Assembly (NCBI GenBank): GCA_021432655.1
Contig: MU271254.1
Location: 62,001 to 119,406 of the forward strand
DNA length: 57,406 nt
Direction: 5' to 3'
From: Atractiella rhizophila
Taxonomy: Eukaryota
Shown piece by piece: positions 12,505-26,583 of this stretch (positions within the stretch are counted from its first letter, which is position 1; every line of letters begins with the position of its first letter). Position numbers and translations under genes: made by a program. The notes beneath the pieces are model-generated. The model saw nothing but the letters and a program-made list of their open reading frames with translations, ran no database searches and had not been told where the DNA came from.

Positions 12505-14683
12505 ATGGACCCCTCAAATTTCGCGCCACCATATCATGTCGGTTTCAGCGATGGTCTCAGTCAGGCGCCAGCTCCGGTCTTCCCGAATCCCAACGTCTCC
12601 AACAATCCCCATATCTAGTAAGTCATTTCAACGCCCGAAATGTGCACTTAGGCTGGACGCCAATTAGTATGGCTGTCTATTCCTCCGTTCCTGTCTACGA
12701 AATGATGGTGAGAGGTGTCGGGGTGATGAGACGAAGAAGCGACAGCTACATGAACGCGACTCAGATTCTCAAAGTTGCAGGCGTGGACAAGGGAAAGAGG
12801 ACGAGGATCTTGGAAAAAGACATAAATTTGGGTGTACACGAGAAGATTCAAGGAGGTTACGGAAGGTATCAAGGAACATGGTTTGTCTGGCTCTCCATTT
12901 CCGTTCTTGTGACAATACGGGTATGAAGGATTCCTTTTCACCGGGCGGTCGATTTGGCGAAGGAGTTTGGCGTTGACAAGCTACTCGAACCTCTGCTAGA
13001 ATATACTCCTCCTCCAGGTGTGATACCCGGCGCACCTCCAATTCAGCGCCACCAAAACGGTTTGAAACGTCAACACGATGATGATTCTCCTATCAATTCG
13101 AAGCGGCAGAGGCTTGCGACCGAGGACCACGAGTCTGTCTATGATATGTCTGCTTTTGCAGGTTCGCGCCTCGAAACCGTTCCTCAGCACCTTCGCATTC
13201 TCCACTCGACAAAACATCCCAACGATTCTTCAATTGGCGACGATATTGTCCGCACCGAAATGCATCGAAATCTCCTTGCAAGAATCTTCGCTCCCGTCGG
13301 GGTTGACAGCTACGCGCTTGGGGGATTGACCGATGTTAGCAGTGTTCTGCCGGCTGACATTGACCCCGATACCCCAATCGACGATCAGAAACACACGCCA
13401 ATGCACTGGGCTGCGGCTTTAGCGCGACTACCATTGGTTGCATCTCTTACAGGTATGGGTGCAGACGTCTGTCGAGGAAATGCGCAAGGGGAAACACCTC
13501 TCATGAGAGCTGTCCTTTCCGTCAACAACTACGATGCAGATTGTTTTCCCATCCTTCTCGAATCGTTAGGGAGAAGTATTCGAACGTGCGACGATGCAGG
13601 ACGGACTGTCCTACACCATATTGCTCTAATTGCTGGAGTGAAAGGCAGAGCCCCTACAGCGCGGTATTACATAGAAGGTGTCCTCGAATATGTGGCAAGA
13701 CATGAAGCTGGCAATTTCAAAGAACTTGTCGACTATCAGGATGTCAACGGTGATACTGCCCTCAACATTTCTGCTCGAGTAGGAAACAGGATTCTTGTCA
13801 AAGCTCTGCTGGATATCGGGGCGAACAAGATGATAGCAAACAAGTTGGGACTAAAACCTGGTGATTTCGGCATCGAAGAACAAGTATGCATCCCTCTCCA
13901 CGTGGCTGTCGATGCATTGATTAATTGTGACGCCAGGACCTCAAAGTGACTCCAGGAGAAGATGCGATAGCGAACATTCGTGGTGGCGTATCCTCCTCTG
14001 TCCCTGTACAAAAGTCCCGGGATGTCACGGCCAACATTACTGCTATGATTGACTCTTTCTCCGCCGACTTCAACCTCGAAATCAAATCCAAATCGGAAGC
14101 ACTGGAGCGCGTGCGAGTACATCTTCGCTCCGCGACGCGAGAGCTTTCGGAACAGCGAAAGCAGCTTCAGAGTTGGAAGTCGAAGTGCGACGAGGTTGAA
14201 CTTCGCCAGCAAAGGATCCGAAATCTTGAAAGAGCTTTGCGAGAGGAAGAATCGGTCGATTACACAGGTCGAACGGAAATTGACGGCACCCCATCAGTGG
14301 GAGAACCTTCTTTTGCTTATCGCGGACCAAACTCGATCCTAGGAGGTTTACCCCGACTCCAAAGTGGAATCAGCATTGAACATGATCCTCCTGAGCCTTC
14401 CATGGAAGATGACACCACCAGATTTATACATCTGCAGAGGCTGGAGAAGTGGTATCGTCGAATTCTCCTGCTACTCTCTCAACGTATCCAAATCGCCCAA
14501 GACTCCAACTCGGACAAGGAAAGTCGCTATAGAAGCGTAATATCCCGGTTTGGGGGTTATCAGCCAGACGAAGTAGATGGGAAGCTGGAGGGTCTGGCAA
14601 AGGCTCTCGAAACGGATCAGAACAGTGCAATGGGTCAAGTGTCATCTTTTGTCTCCAAAATCAACGCGAATACGTACAGCTGA
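12505..14683 (+). CDS. MBF/SBF-family G1/S transcription factor (APSES/KilA-N plus ankyrin; Mbp1/Swi4/Res-like)
   Basis: [11 protein letters not shown]...[20 protein letters not shown]...[15 protein letters not shown]; ankyrin repeats [16 protein letters not shown] and [11 protein letters not shown]-terminal coiled coil. Confidence 0.93.
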
Positions 14684-14847
14684 TTGTTTGTGAGCTGTAA
14701 TGCTTTGTATCAATTATTTTGTATAGTTTACCCTTCATCGCAGCTTGAAATGCTACCAGTTTATCACTTCCTTTCCTTCACTAGCATGTGTTGTGCAAGT
14801 CACCAGTTTGCCGGCACGGTACTATTCCTTTTGTAGGTAGCTGTACT

Positions 14848-14881
14848 CTGTCTGAGTTAGGGCACTGTCTGAGTTAGGGCA
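14848..14881. repeat. 17-bp tandem duplication (CTGTCTGAGTTAGGGCA x2)
   Basis: Two exact adjacent copies. Confidence 0.9.
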
Positions 14882-15069
14882 CCATTCTCCTCGTTCTAGG
14901 TAGACTGCCTCACACTCTCACTCCATCAGGTGCCATTCGTCCAACATGACATGGAATCCCAAAACATTGGCGTCCACCAAGGGGGTATGGGATAATGATC
15001 AATGAGAGGGGACAATTGTACAAGTGCAGCTTCAGCATGACTCTAGCCGGTGAGAGGCAGGCAGACTAT

Positions 15070-15129
15070 GCAGAATCTGATGCAGAATCTGAAGCAGAAT
15101 CTGATGCAGAATCTGAAGCAGAATCTGAA
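15070..15129. repeat. 12-bp minisatellite GCAGAATCTGAW x5
   Basis: Five adjacent units ending T,A,T,A,A. Confidence 0.9.
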
Positions 15130-15384
15130 GATAATGCGACTGACGCATGGAAGCTAGCGAACGTCACGTACTGGTACGTACCCGTGATGGACATGATGCA
15201 TTTGCTCAATATGACGTAGTTGACATTCGTGTTGTCCAAGCTTCTGCTGCACTGACGTCCCAAGCCAAGTCTCGGAAACCATGGCATGAAACCATGCTAT
15301 AAAAGCCTTACTTTGTTCGGTTCATGTTTCCAACAACTCTACGATCTGCAACGATTTACAACGAACGCTTTTTGAACGACTATC

Positions 15385-16778
15385 ATGAGTAGTAAGTTTT
15401 CATGAATCATTCAAGAACTCTGCTGAAAGGTAATTAATAGGGCAAATTCTGTTCCTGACGCTTTGGTCTCTGGTGGCATCTCAGAATGTTACCTGGACAA
15501 ACGCGGTCCTCAACAGAGTTGAGTCTAGGTTGAGATCCTCCGCATCGAAATCGTGAGTGTTCTATCTTCAAGGTCACTTCTGATTAGAATGACCTCTGGT
15601 GTTTAGATGGGAGTTGGGCACCGCAGCTGAGGTATTAACGGAGTACCATACTCCAAACTTTGCTGTCTACGACTCCGGCGCTGTTCCTCCATCGCATGAT
15701 GCACCCAGCTCACTTGACGCGGCATTGGACATCGCGAAAAAGGTGGTATCTCGTCGGCAGGATGGCCAACCCCTTATGCAAGAAGAGAATGTCGGTGATC
15801 CGCCATCCATTGGGGTCTCTGTCCTCGTAGCCAATATTACGAACTACGACAAAGGCGGACCAGAATATGGAAGTGCAGCAGATGACCAGCTCCAATTCAC
15901 CCTCACCCGAGTACCAAGGACTCAAGATGGAGCGATTTCTCACCACCAGAGCGAAGTTTCGTTATGGTCAGATTCGGTCTACATGACCCCTCCCTTCATA
16001 GCCTACTACGGTGCCCTGCGGGACAACGCGACCCTACTCCAAGAAGCCTACGATCAGTGTCGTCTGTATCGCCAGTACCTACAAGACAACTCAACTGGTG
16101 GCATTTGGAGGCATATCGCTTTTTCAGGCTCGGACTCTGGACACTGGACGACGGTAAGTTTGCTACTTGGCAATGATACCGTTCTTAAACGCGACACAGG
16201 GCAACGGTTGGGCGGCCAACGGCCTGTTACGGACCTATGCCACTATCAAACATTCTTCCGAATCTGGTGACTTTGAGCAACAAACGGACGAGCTGCTGTC
16301 CTGGGCCGGAGAGATCCTAACAGGGATCTATGCCTTCTATTCGAACGGGACTCTCTTTCGAAACTATGTCTCGGACTCTGGCTCTTTTGAAGACGCCGCA
16401 GGTACTACCGCCATTGTCGCAGCAACATATCGATACGCCGCCCTGTCCGGAAACAAAACCTATATTCCTCAAGCTGACTCCTTGCGAGCTCTGTTAGCGA
16501 ACCATGTCGACAAAGACGGATGGCTCCAGCCTGTCGTGGACCCCTATTCTTATACAGAGCAAGGGTCCCACTCGTTAGTCGTCTCTTTCTCTTAGTTCCC
16601 TCATTGACGCGCTTTGAACAGCCCCGAAGCCCAAGCCTTTGTTTTGGCTATGCAAGCAGCCTATGTTGCGAACGGTGGAAACGGCCCATCAGATTCTCCC
16701 GCGTCTCCAGCAGCTACGATCAACATGATGACCCTCACCTTTGCGTTGATCATTTCCTTTACATTTATGAGTCTGTAA
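15385..16778 (+). CDS. Secreted six-hairpin glycosidase, GH105/GH88-like, with a possible GPI signal
   Basis: SWELGTAAE, GDPPSIG, DGAISH, LWSDSVYMTPPFIAYYG and WTT/GNGWAANG motifs; hydrophobic N- and C-termini. Confidence 0.8.
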
Positions 16779-17188
16779 CGTGAGATAGATGATGGATCAG
16801 TCAGACAGTAGACGATATACATGTAGCGTCCACAACGGTAGACCACTACTGCTAGAATAATAAGATTTGGATTGTATGCAGAAGTGTTTGAACATTCCAG
16901 TGTAAATAGCCTTGAATATAATTCATTGACATGGTTAATACTGTATCAGTATTTTATAGATGGCAGTACCAGTGGCTCCTGAACACAAACTGATCAGGAT
17001 CCACTGAGGTTCAGTTCTAGTCTTAGTAGGGTTAGGGTTGTAATGAACCAGGCTTCGTTGATCATCTTCGTCCCCTGAAACCTTTCTGAATCTTTAGCTT
17101 CGATATTATACAGAAAGCCCAGTTCAGGTGAGTCTCAAGTCTCTTTCCGCGCAGAAACTGAGAGCCTTTCACAAGCCAGCAGTGATCG

Positions 17189-18443
17189 ATGTCGTCCTAT
17201 CCATATTATCCTTATGCTTACCCCCCAGGCTACGGGCAATATGCCTCAGTGCCACCCCAGCAATCGAGAGTTCCAGTATGGGGTCAACTACCGCCTGCAG
17301 GTCGAGGATTCTCCACCGGCGGTCGAACTCAGGCTAGAGGCATCAAACCCACTTTCAAAAACAGATCTCTTGTCTTGAACAATGGGTCGAAAGCATCGAC
17401 AGCTTCCTTGTCTGCTCCGCCTAAAGATCTCCCCATGACCGAAGAGGTTGAGATGGAGATGGAGGAAGGGCAGATCGAGGAGAGTCCTGACAGTGGGAAA
17501 GGGAAAGAGAAAGAGCCCCTTTTTGTTCGTCGGACGTCGAATAGCATCGTGTCTGAGGAACTGGCACGCAAGATCGCTAAACGGAAACTTCAACTCCAAA
17601 TGAACAAACAGTACAATGTGAAGAAGAGTGCTGCATTCGGAGCAAGGTCAGCCCTTTTCTTCCCCGCGAAAAAGGCTAGACTTTTGCCACCGGACAGCAT
17701 CAATTCGTGGAAACCAAAAACTAGGACTCCAACAACCAATCTGCGACAGCGAATAGACAAACAATGCGCTCACTTTTCCAAGACTGGTGAGTCACTCGTT
17801 CATTCTCCTGACATGGACGACCCCCATCAAGACTGGTGGGTGAAACCGCCTTTTTAATCCGCACCTCTTTTGTCCTCTGATAGGAATCTGCACTCGAGCC
17901 AACATTTGCCCATACAATCACGACTCGTCAAAGGTGTCGATATGCCAGAAATCACTACGAAACAAGTGTCCACATTCCTCCTCGGATTGTACTCTGTCCC
18001 ACACGCCAAACGAGTATCGCATGCCGCATTGTCGTCATTTCCCCAATTGCACGCGACCTCAGTGCCCATATCCGCACGTCAAACTTTCTGATGGTGCTAA
18101 AGTCTGCAAAGACTTTGCGTCTCTAGGTTATTGTGAAAAGGGGACACGATGTACGGAGCAACACACCTGGGAGTGTGAAGAATTCGCAGAGAAAGGGACT
18201 TGCACGGCGAAAGCCTGCTCGAAATCGCATGTAATCCGAAGAGCGCCACCAAAAGAAGAAATTGCTCAGGAGGAAGCGCCGCAGATGGAGGTGAATCCGC
18301 CACGGCCGGTGCCCGAGGAACAGTTGAAGTTGAAAACTGGGGATGCGATTGTGGACAATGAGGATTTCGTCGGGTTTGTATTTGACTCTGAAGGTGACGA
18401 TGCTGAAGATGAAGACGGTGACGAAGAGGATGAGAGCGAATAG
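17189..18443 (+). CDS. Tandem CCCH zinc-finger protein (ZC3H3/Red5-like)
   Basis: Five CCCH-type fingers (e.g. CKDFASLGYCEKGTRCTEQH) and an acidic tail; intron starts at about 17787. Confidence 0.85.
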
Positions 18444-18691
18444 TCCTCATGCATTACGTTTCCCATTTTCGAATTTCATACTTGTTTTCATTCATCCCTC
18501 AAGATTATAACGAATTCTGTTCCCAACTTTTGTAGATTAATAAGCACTCTGAAAATGACTGTTGTTATCTCAAATGCGATACGCGATACTTCAGACGTTT
18601 GGTCAAGATATAAACATCATTAGTTCCATAGAGATATGGTAACACATGGGGCGGCAAGCATGACAAGGTATGTCGAGTTCGAGCAAGTAAG

Positions 18692-19809
18692 TTAAAATCC
18701 AAAAATGAAATCCGAAGCAGCTATACACCCCTTTTCAGTGTAGTACAGAGCTTAGCAAGGAAAGAACGCACTTTTGAGAAGTCCCCCACCGCCTGAATTT
18801 TGATTCACGAACAGCTTGGCGTTCGGATCGCTTGTCTCTCCCTTCGCCACCACTTTGATTCCTCCTGTATTGCTCTTGAACACACCGCCGGAATGAACGG
18901 TCACAGGTGTCCCTCGCAACTCCCGCTCTTTTGGAGCTAGCGCAAAGATGTTGTGCTCCTCCGTAGAAATTGGAGTACTGACTTCCTGTCCCCCTTCTTT
19001 CTCTCTTTCTAAGATGGACAGCGTGTGTTCTGGCTCCAGTATGCCGACAAGACCAACAGCAGGGAGAAGGACGAAGGCTCCATTGTGAGCTGAACGGACA
19101 GCAGCCTCTTTGGAGGACTGGTCATCGAACGTTATGAGAATGGCATTAGGAAGTGGTATCGGAGATGGAGAGGATGTCAGAGAGCCGAATGTCTGAAAAT
19201 AAGCTGTTACGGTGTTGTTGAAAGACGGAGCGAAGCCGAACAGGAGGAGAGAGGACGAGGATCTGGAGAATTGGCGGGGAGCTGAGGTCGAGGCTGGTGC
19301 GGTTGTCGATTTGGGAGCGAATGTTTTTCTGCACTTTCAGTAAGCACAAGAAAAGTTTTACAAAGGAGAAACGAGCGCTAATGGAGTGCTTGAAGACATC
19401 TGCTAGCTCATTCAATGATCGCCCGTACGTAGAATCAAGGACAGACCGGTAATCTCCCAAGATGTGGATTATGAGCAGAAGCATGAGAACTCATTGGAGG
19501 GTTTTGCAAGTCTACATCCATCAAACTGACGACGGGGGGAGCATCCTCGTCCACCAATCCAGTTGGCCCTTTGTCGCTTCTCCTTGTTGATTGGTAGCCA
19601 CCAAAAAGTGTTCGAGTTAGTGTGTGACTTGGCGAGGTGCCTCCCATTCTCGAGCTAGATTCTTCATCGGACTGCTGATAGGGATTTGAGGTGAATGGCG
19701 AGCTGGTGAGAGAGTTGGACGACAGGTAACCTGGCAAGTAGGTCTTTGTAGGGGTTGCAGTAAACGATTCCGCTGTCTGAGCGTTGGGAAATTGGTTGTT
19801 GCTGAACAT
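18692..19809 (-). CDS. NUP53: Nup53/Nup35-like nucleoporin
   Basis: N-terminal YLPGYL and DEDAPPVVSLMD segments, a degenerate RRM-like middle, and C-terminal amphipathic SDFIFGF-stop. Confidence 0.6.
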
Positions 19810-19974
19810 CGCCTGAACTGTTGGGATTGTGCTGCTGATTCGCTGAGTGCCAGTACTTCGTGCTCGTTCCCATTCAACTTGAACTGGGAAATATCGGCCA
19901 TCACGTGCCATTGACGCGTCACAAGAGAACAATAAACGGCCAACACTCGAACAGCAACACCATTTTCATGCAGC

Positions 19975-22900
19975 ATGAATGTGCCCATGGAAACTCCCTC
20001 GCGAATCCTCCGAAGGATCAAGGCAGACTACAACGAGTCTATCGACTCACTCCCTCCGCCAATCGATGAAGATTCACACGAATTCTCTGATCTTCAGTCA
20101 ACAAACGACTTGTCCAGGCACTCCAGCAGAGGGAATGTTTCAGCATCCACCTCCCAAAAAGAGCCATCCTTTATATCCACGACGCACTCAAAGTCGGCAG
20201 AGAAATCAAGATCAACAATCCTCTCCAACCCCACGACTCGGCACTCCCCCATCGCTCCTCCATCAAACTCCAGGCAGCGAGTGAGACTGGCGATGCGTAG
20301 TGGAGATGAAAATGTCGAGCCTGACTCAAAAATAGAAGAGAGAAAGGAGGATGCGAGAGCGCTGCAAAGTGCAGACGGTAAAGGAGGAGAAAGCGATATG
20401 GAACTTGTTGAGCCTGAACTGGAGGAAGGTGATACAGCCGTGAGTTTTCTGACTCAATATGCTATTGGTGCAAATACCCAGTGTTTTGTTATCGGAAAGT
20501 CCATACCCTCCATATCTCTTGACCAGACACAGAACTCTGCTTCGACCATGGCGATTTCTCGAGTCCTCTCCCCGGCAGCTGCACCATCTACAGTCCGAAA
20601 CAACTCGCGTCGAGTATCGCCCGCGTTTTCAAGCCCGTCGGTGGCACGTGGAGCCAGTGCACGCTCTCAGACTCCAATGTCGGCACTCCGCTTCGATACC
20701 TCGTCTCCGCCAGTGTCCATGATACTGTCACCGCAAGGCTCCCCTGGTGTTTCGCGAAATCTATCGGCCGAACGAAAGAGATTGCTCTCTCCTTCCGCAT
20801 CCTCCGCACCCATGGAGGAAAAAGATCTCAGAACCCCGGCTCGATTGTCTCCGTCCGAGGACAACAGCACAAGATCGCGAGCAGCGCACCTTCTTTCGAC
20901 TCTCCGAGCCACTGCACCTCGAGCTCCCTTTAGTACTAACAGAAGAAGTCGAATCGCTGCACTCAAATCAGACCCTTCCCTCTCCGATGGCAATGTCAGC
21001 GCTACCTCGAATTCATCTTTGGACCTTACCACGCGTCCTCGAGGATTAGGGAATACCTCACTTCCAAATGGGCTCTCTGTCCTTCGAACCGCTGGCACCG
21101 TAGTTAGAGGCCAAGATCCACAGACTCGGTTCAACAATCTCAAGCTCAACACCTACCTTCACAAGATAAACACGGAGCTGACAAAAGAGAACGCAGAGTT
21201 GGTTGAAGAATTGGCTGAAAAAGAGAGAGAAGTGGAGATTTGGAAGCGAAGGGCGTTAGGCGAAAAAGGAGGTTCATGGGGAGAAGGAGAGCAGAGCGTG
21301 AATGAGGAGCGACTGGAGAGTATACGGGATGGCATGCGGAGCATTGGAGAAGTCCAAGGAAAGATTGTGGATGAGCTCTTGGCCAATCAAAGCCACGATG
21401 ACTTGAAGACGGAGGTCGAAGGGCTCAGGAAGAAGACAGAGGAGCAGGAGCAGGAAATGAACGAACTCCGCGAAGAGTTGTTGCAGGAACGACAGAGCAA
21501 GACATCCTCATCCTCTCTCGTTGGCGATCTGCAACGCACCGTCTTCCAGCTTAAGGACAGTCTAGCTGCAAAAGCAGACATCGAGGGTCAATTGCGAATT
21601 GAACGAGAAAGAGTCGACGAACTCCTCTCTCAGCTTGAAGACAAAGACAGGGAATTAGATGAGGCGCGCGTCGAGATTGGTAATTTAGAGAGCGACTTCA
21701 GCGAGAAGATGCACCAGTTGGAACTGGATCTCCTCCAAATCGTCGAGGACCTTGAGGAGCAGCTGAAACAAGTAAAGGAGAGCGAGGAGGAAAAGCAAGA
21801 AGAGATTGAGCAGCTTAATTCGCGCTTGAAGGATCTGTCGAAACAGAAGCCAGGGACTAGTGGGGAAGAAGAAGTGTTGCGCAGCCAAATCAAGGACCTT
21901 AAGAGCGCAGACGCGGAAGCCAAGCGCAATCTCGTCACCCTGAAGAAACAAATGAATGATCTTGAGGAAGCTTTGGATGAGTCTGAAAGGCAAATGGTCG
22001 CTTACGAAGAGGATATTGCCAACCTGAAACAAGACATCAAATCTCGAGTAGCCGAGGTGGAGAGCGTCAAACGAGAGCTTATACGTGTTCAGAGGGAGTC
22101 ACAGTATGCTTCTACACGGTCGAATTCACCGCCCACCAAGATTACAGAACGAGATGTTGGTAGTCAGTTTCAAGAGAACCAACTACTTCAACTCCGCCAA
22201 AAGCTGGAAGCTGCTGAAGTCGAACTGGACCGGTTGCGAGACGAGTCGCCTATCACAGTCCAACTGAAGAGAGAGCTTCACATCAAGGACATGGAAATTG
22301 AAAACCTTCAAAAGATGAAGGAAGAGCTTGAAAACCGGGTGGCGACGCTCAAACAGCAGACGGAAAGCACCCTCTTGAAGGGCGGCGCCATTGACAGCGA
22401 TAGTTCCGCTCAACGCAATCAAACTTCTTTCTTCCTGCGGTCGATTCGAGGCATCAGGACACCGAAAACTCCGGGCCATTATATGAGCCACGTACATCCT
22501 TTACTTCCACCTGTGCCAGGGGCTGATATTTTCTAGATATCTGTGAACGCAACAGGTTCAGCTGACGCCACCATCAGCCCTTTGCTTCAACAAATAGAGG
22601 TCATGGAGCAAGAGATAGAAGAATTGAAGGATCAACTAGGTAAAGCGAACGAGCAGGTAGACGACAAGCTGTCAAAGCTCGAAAATGCCGGATTCGCGAC
22701 ATTGTCCATATCCACTCAACTTTTGATCGCAAAAGACCGGATATCTCATCTCGAAAACAAGCTAGAAACATTTATTGGTAAGAAAGGACTCGTGGAGAAC
22801 TTGAAGAACTTGAAGTGCCCAAACTGCAGTGAATTTGTAAATTTGGCCAGCACTGTTAAACTTCTGACCGCGGAGTAAGTCAAGCTTTCTGTCTTATCCT

Positions 22901-23890
22901 TCGAAGTGGTTGACACTCTATGCAGAGCATCCCTGCGTAACATGCCCATGACGGACGAGGTTCAAACCGCCTTCAACAAGGCTCAGAACGATCTCAACAA
23001 ACTGAAAGCTCAGTGGGAGAACGAACGGACATATCTCGCATCCCAGTCACAACAAAACTTGGACAACAGAATCTCCGAAATTCAGAGGCTGAAATCAAAT
23101 TTCAGCTCGAAGCACCTTGAACTTCAGGAGCTCACAGATGAAAATCGTAGGCTGTCGGAGGAAAAGGAGGAGATTGTCGGTGAAGTTGAGGAGCTACGAC
23201 GCGACTTAGAAAGAGTCAAATTCAAAGCTGCCCGACTGGGTGATGATTTGGCTCAAACTCGCTCCCAACAAGACACTGCAGCAACAATGGAACAGCTTGA
23301 GGACGTTCGAGGAAAATTGAGACGCTTGGAGAATGAAAGGGCCAATCATGTCTGCCAAATGTGCGTTTACACTTATTTCACTTTCACTACTGACCATGCC
23401 ACGATAGGGGAGAAAACGACACGATTCGACACAAGGATGAATCAAAGGGATTATTGGCCATGATACATTACCTAAAGCTGAAGTTCGGTCGTGAAGCTTA
23501 CTTTCGGGCAGATTTAGCACACCAAAAGACTTATATGATCTTGATGCTGGATCAAAAGCAAGCAAAGTATGGAATTTCGTAATTCTTCGTGATGTCACGG
23601 CTCAGTGGGAGTGGGAGCATAGGATTGATTCTACGGTTGCAACTTTGGCAGAGTTTGGCTTCAAGCTGCCACGGGTTGCGAGCGATACACCTCGCTCGTT
23701 TAAAGTAGTAGCAACAGCTGTCCTTGCAACTTGCAGAATGAGGTTCGTTCATCCTTGACGTGTTGCATGTGAAGCTGATGACGAAAGCAGCATGCTTCTA
23801 CGGCAATGGAAAGCACAGTGCGAGGTCAAGAAACAACTCCTATCTGCTTACCATATTACGAGAGGGAGACCATATCCATCGAATTCTTGA
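19975..23890 (+). CDS. Long coiled-coil spindle-pole-body protein with C-terminal PACT domain (pericentrin/Pcp1-like)
   Basis: 853-codon first exon with extended coiled coil. Last exons give HKDESKGLLAMIHYLKLKFGREAYFRADLAHQKTY...RSFKVVATAVLATCRM (PACT/calmodulin-binding-like). Confidence 0.8.
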
Positions 23891-24059
23891 ATATGTTTCT
23901 GATATGTCCTTTATTCCCTGCTTCGACTTTCCATGTTGTATCATCTCGTATTGGAGTCAATACCAGTTTAGCTTGTCAGTGTCAATCAAAGAATGTGCCA
24001 TGCCATTCGCGCAGGTGTCTCAAATCAGAATCCTACAAAGAAGATGCTCGCAAATGCTA

Positions 24060-25380
24060 TCAGAAAGCAAGCTCTTTTGCTCGGGGAGCCGTTTCCATCT
24101 CCTTTTCGTACTCAATCTCCACACGCTTCGGTCCTGCTCTCAAATCAATGAATAGGAGTTGTTTGATACGAAGTGGAATAAACGGACTCTTCTTATTGCG
24201 TTTATCGTGAGAGGCCGCCTTTGCCTCCCGTTTCCGTTTCCCTTTGGTAGGCTCGGGTTCCGGCGAATCGCCATGTGATAGCTCAACATCTTCTTCATCC
24301 GACCCCTCTTCGTCGTTTGAATATTCAGTGAGATCCTAGCCACGGGTTAAAATACCGAGGAGCTGAGCGCTGTGAGCACACCTGTTCCCTGAGCCATTCT
24401 TCAAGGTCCTCTTCCTCCTCTTCCAGATCACTGACAAACTCCCGCTCATCCAACTCTTCCATCTCGGCAGAATCGTCGCTTTCCATTTGCAAGTCCAAAT
24501 CTTCTTCTGCTTCTACATCTTCTCCACGCTCCTTTCGTAGTTTTCGATCTTCTACTCGCCGTTCCCGATCTAACACGCGTTTCCAGACGTCTTCGTTAAC
24601 ATTCAAGGGCATTTCTCCATAGGCCCGATTGCGCAACCGTGAAAGAAGCTCCTTCTCCAGGTTGCGTTCAATCTGGGCGGCATTCAAGGCTTTCGCCTCC
24701 CTAGCTCTCTCGCGCCGTTCTAACTTTGGTTTGATTCCCACGAGCAGTGGTCTGCACATACCAAAAGTGATCAACAGTGATGACAGCAAACAGGAGGTAC
24801 TGACGAGTCTTTCTTAAATGATTTTTGTATCCGTATGAGGTACTGTGTTATCTTTGTTAAACGCTGCTTGCACTTGTGTTTCAGAAACTCCGGCCAGTAA
24901 AGTAATTCTTCATCGATCTAAATGCTTTCAGCACCTTTGCCGAGTGTGCTCGCTTGACAAACCTGTGCCAGTGCCTTGCCGTAATCGCGAGAGAGCGTGA
25001 CTTTCTCCCACATGTGTTTTGGAGAATGAGATCGTTCCGCTGTTTTCACAAACAAGTACACCGTTCCTAAACATCTCACATCAGAATCTGTTTCAGTAGA
25101 GAAGCACAAACCTTCGATTTCTCGCACAGTCGCATATCGCGCATTTGCCAATGGGCAGCTCATACGATTGCACAGACCAGAAACATTGTATTCGTTCCTG
25201 CAGAAGTTCTGCGTAGGAGTCCTGCCGTATGAAATCATGAGCAGATGGAGCTCAGCGGAGGGAACACCGACTTGATCTTGTACGAGCAGAACTGCACTTT
25301 TGCCTCAGCCTCCTGCTTTGAGGTAAGAAAGGGCTTACTTGATTATTGATTATCGACCAAATAACATCGTCGCTCTGCAT
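24060..25380 (-). CDS. MAK16: 60S biogenesis factor Mak16
   Basis: [47 protein letters not shown]...[13 protein letters not shown]...VEIEYEKE. Confidence 0.95.
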
Positions 25381-25542
25381 TATGAAGTTTCACTCCACTG
25401 ACAACCTCCGTCACTTCGCTTGGTTTGGTTATCAAGAAAGAGTGTTGTTACTGCCGTACCCGTCCCAAATTTTTTTGTAGTGTCGAACTACAAGGTTGGG
25501 TAGTGAGGAGACATGCGAACATTTGCAGCCAGATTCTTCGCC

Positions 25543-26328
25543 ATGGCACAGTCATTCACGGTACCTCCAGCCAAAGCCAGAGGTCCCATAGTTGTATGCG
25601 GCCCTTCAGGCTGCGGCAAATCCACTCTGCTCAAACGACTGTTCGAGGAATTTCCAGATACTTTTGCCTTCTCCGTTTCTCGTCAGTAGATCGCTAAGGT
25701 GCTATTCAGTTGCTGATGCTGTAAATTTAAGACACTACACGGGTTCCTAGACAGGGCGAAGAGGATGGAAAGCACTACCATTTTGTGACGGTCCAGGAGT
25801 TTGAAGATCTAATCGCGGATAATGCGTTCATCGAGCACGCCAACTTCTCAGGTAACAGATATGGGACGACTGTCAAAGCCGTCGAAGCTGTCGAGCTGCA
25901 GGGTAAACGATGTGTGCTCGATATCGATACCCAGGTACCTGCATTACCTCTTTTTTCCATGTCGGTTCTCATACTTTGTCAAGGGCGTGCGAACAATTCA
26001 TGCAATTCACCCACCTCTATCTGCAAGAACCCTCTTCACATTTCTTTCTCCACCTTCCCCTGCTCTCAAAAGCTTGCACTCGCGTCTTTCTGGCCGCGGA
26101 ACAGAATCATCATCCTCCCTTAGGTCGCGATTACTTGCAGCCCAAGGTGAGCTGGAATACGCGGCTCAAGAGGGGAGCTTCGATGTCGTGGTTGTAAATG
26201 ACAATGTCGACGTTGCCTATCAAAAGCTGAGAGCATTAGCAGTGGAAGGAGTGGTCACTGGAGCGGAAGGTGGAGACCCTTTGCCAGACATCTCAAAAGA
26301 GGAGGACATATCCGCACTGTTAGACTAG
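25543..26328 (+). CDS. GUK1: Guanylate kinase
   Basis: P-loop [41 protein letters not shown] and CVLDIDTQG. Confidence 0.95.
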
Positions 26329-26417
26329 GATCTGGTGTAGAACATAGTGAAGCAAATTTCAGCATCTTAAGACTAGGATCTGGTGTAGAACATAGTGAAG
26401 CAAATTTCAGCATCTTA
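26322..26417. repeat. 48-bp exact tandem duplication over the GUK1 stop and 3' UTR
   Basis: AGACTAGG...CAGCATCTTA occurs twice here and once in copy B. Confidence 0.92.
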
Positions 26418-26583
26418 GCTCAGCCGATTGTCACTTTCCTCCCTCCCAGTTACCTATTTCCCACAGATATCCAGCGAGTCCTCCCCATCTACTCGAGCAG
26501 CTGCCAAAGAATAAGCATGACTCAACTGCAAATAGAGTTCATGCGCTCAGTTGTCCAAATGAAACTGGGTCGAAACAACGAAA

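Noticed and set aside
8786..16778. Secondary-metabolite cluster around HMG-CoA synthase
   Set aside because: Neighbours are unrelated housekeeping genes; no backbone or tailoring enzymes.
17023..17040. TAGGGTTAGGGTT telomere-like motif
   Set aside because: Only about two units; compatible with chance.
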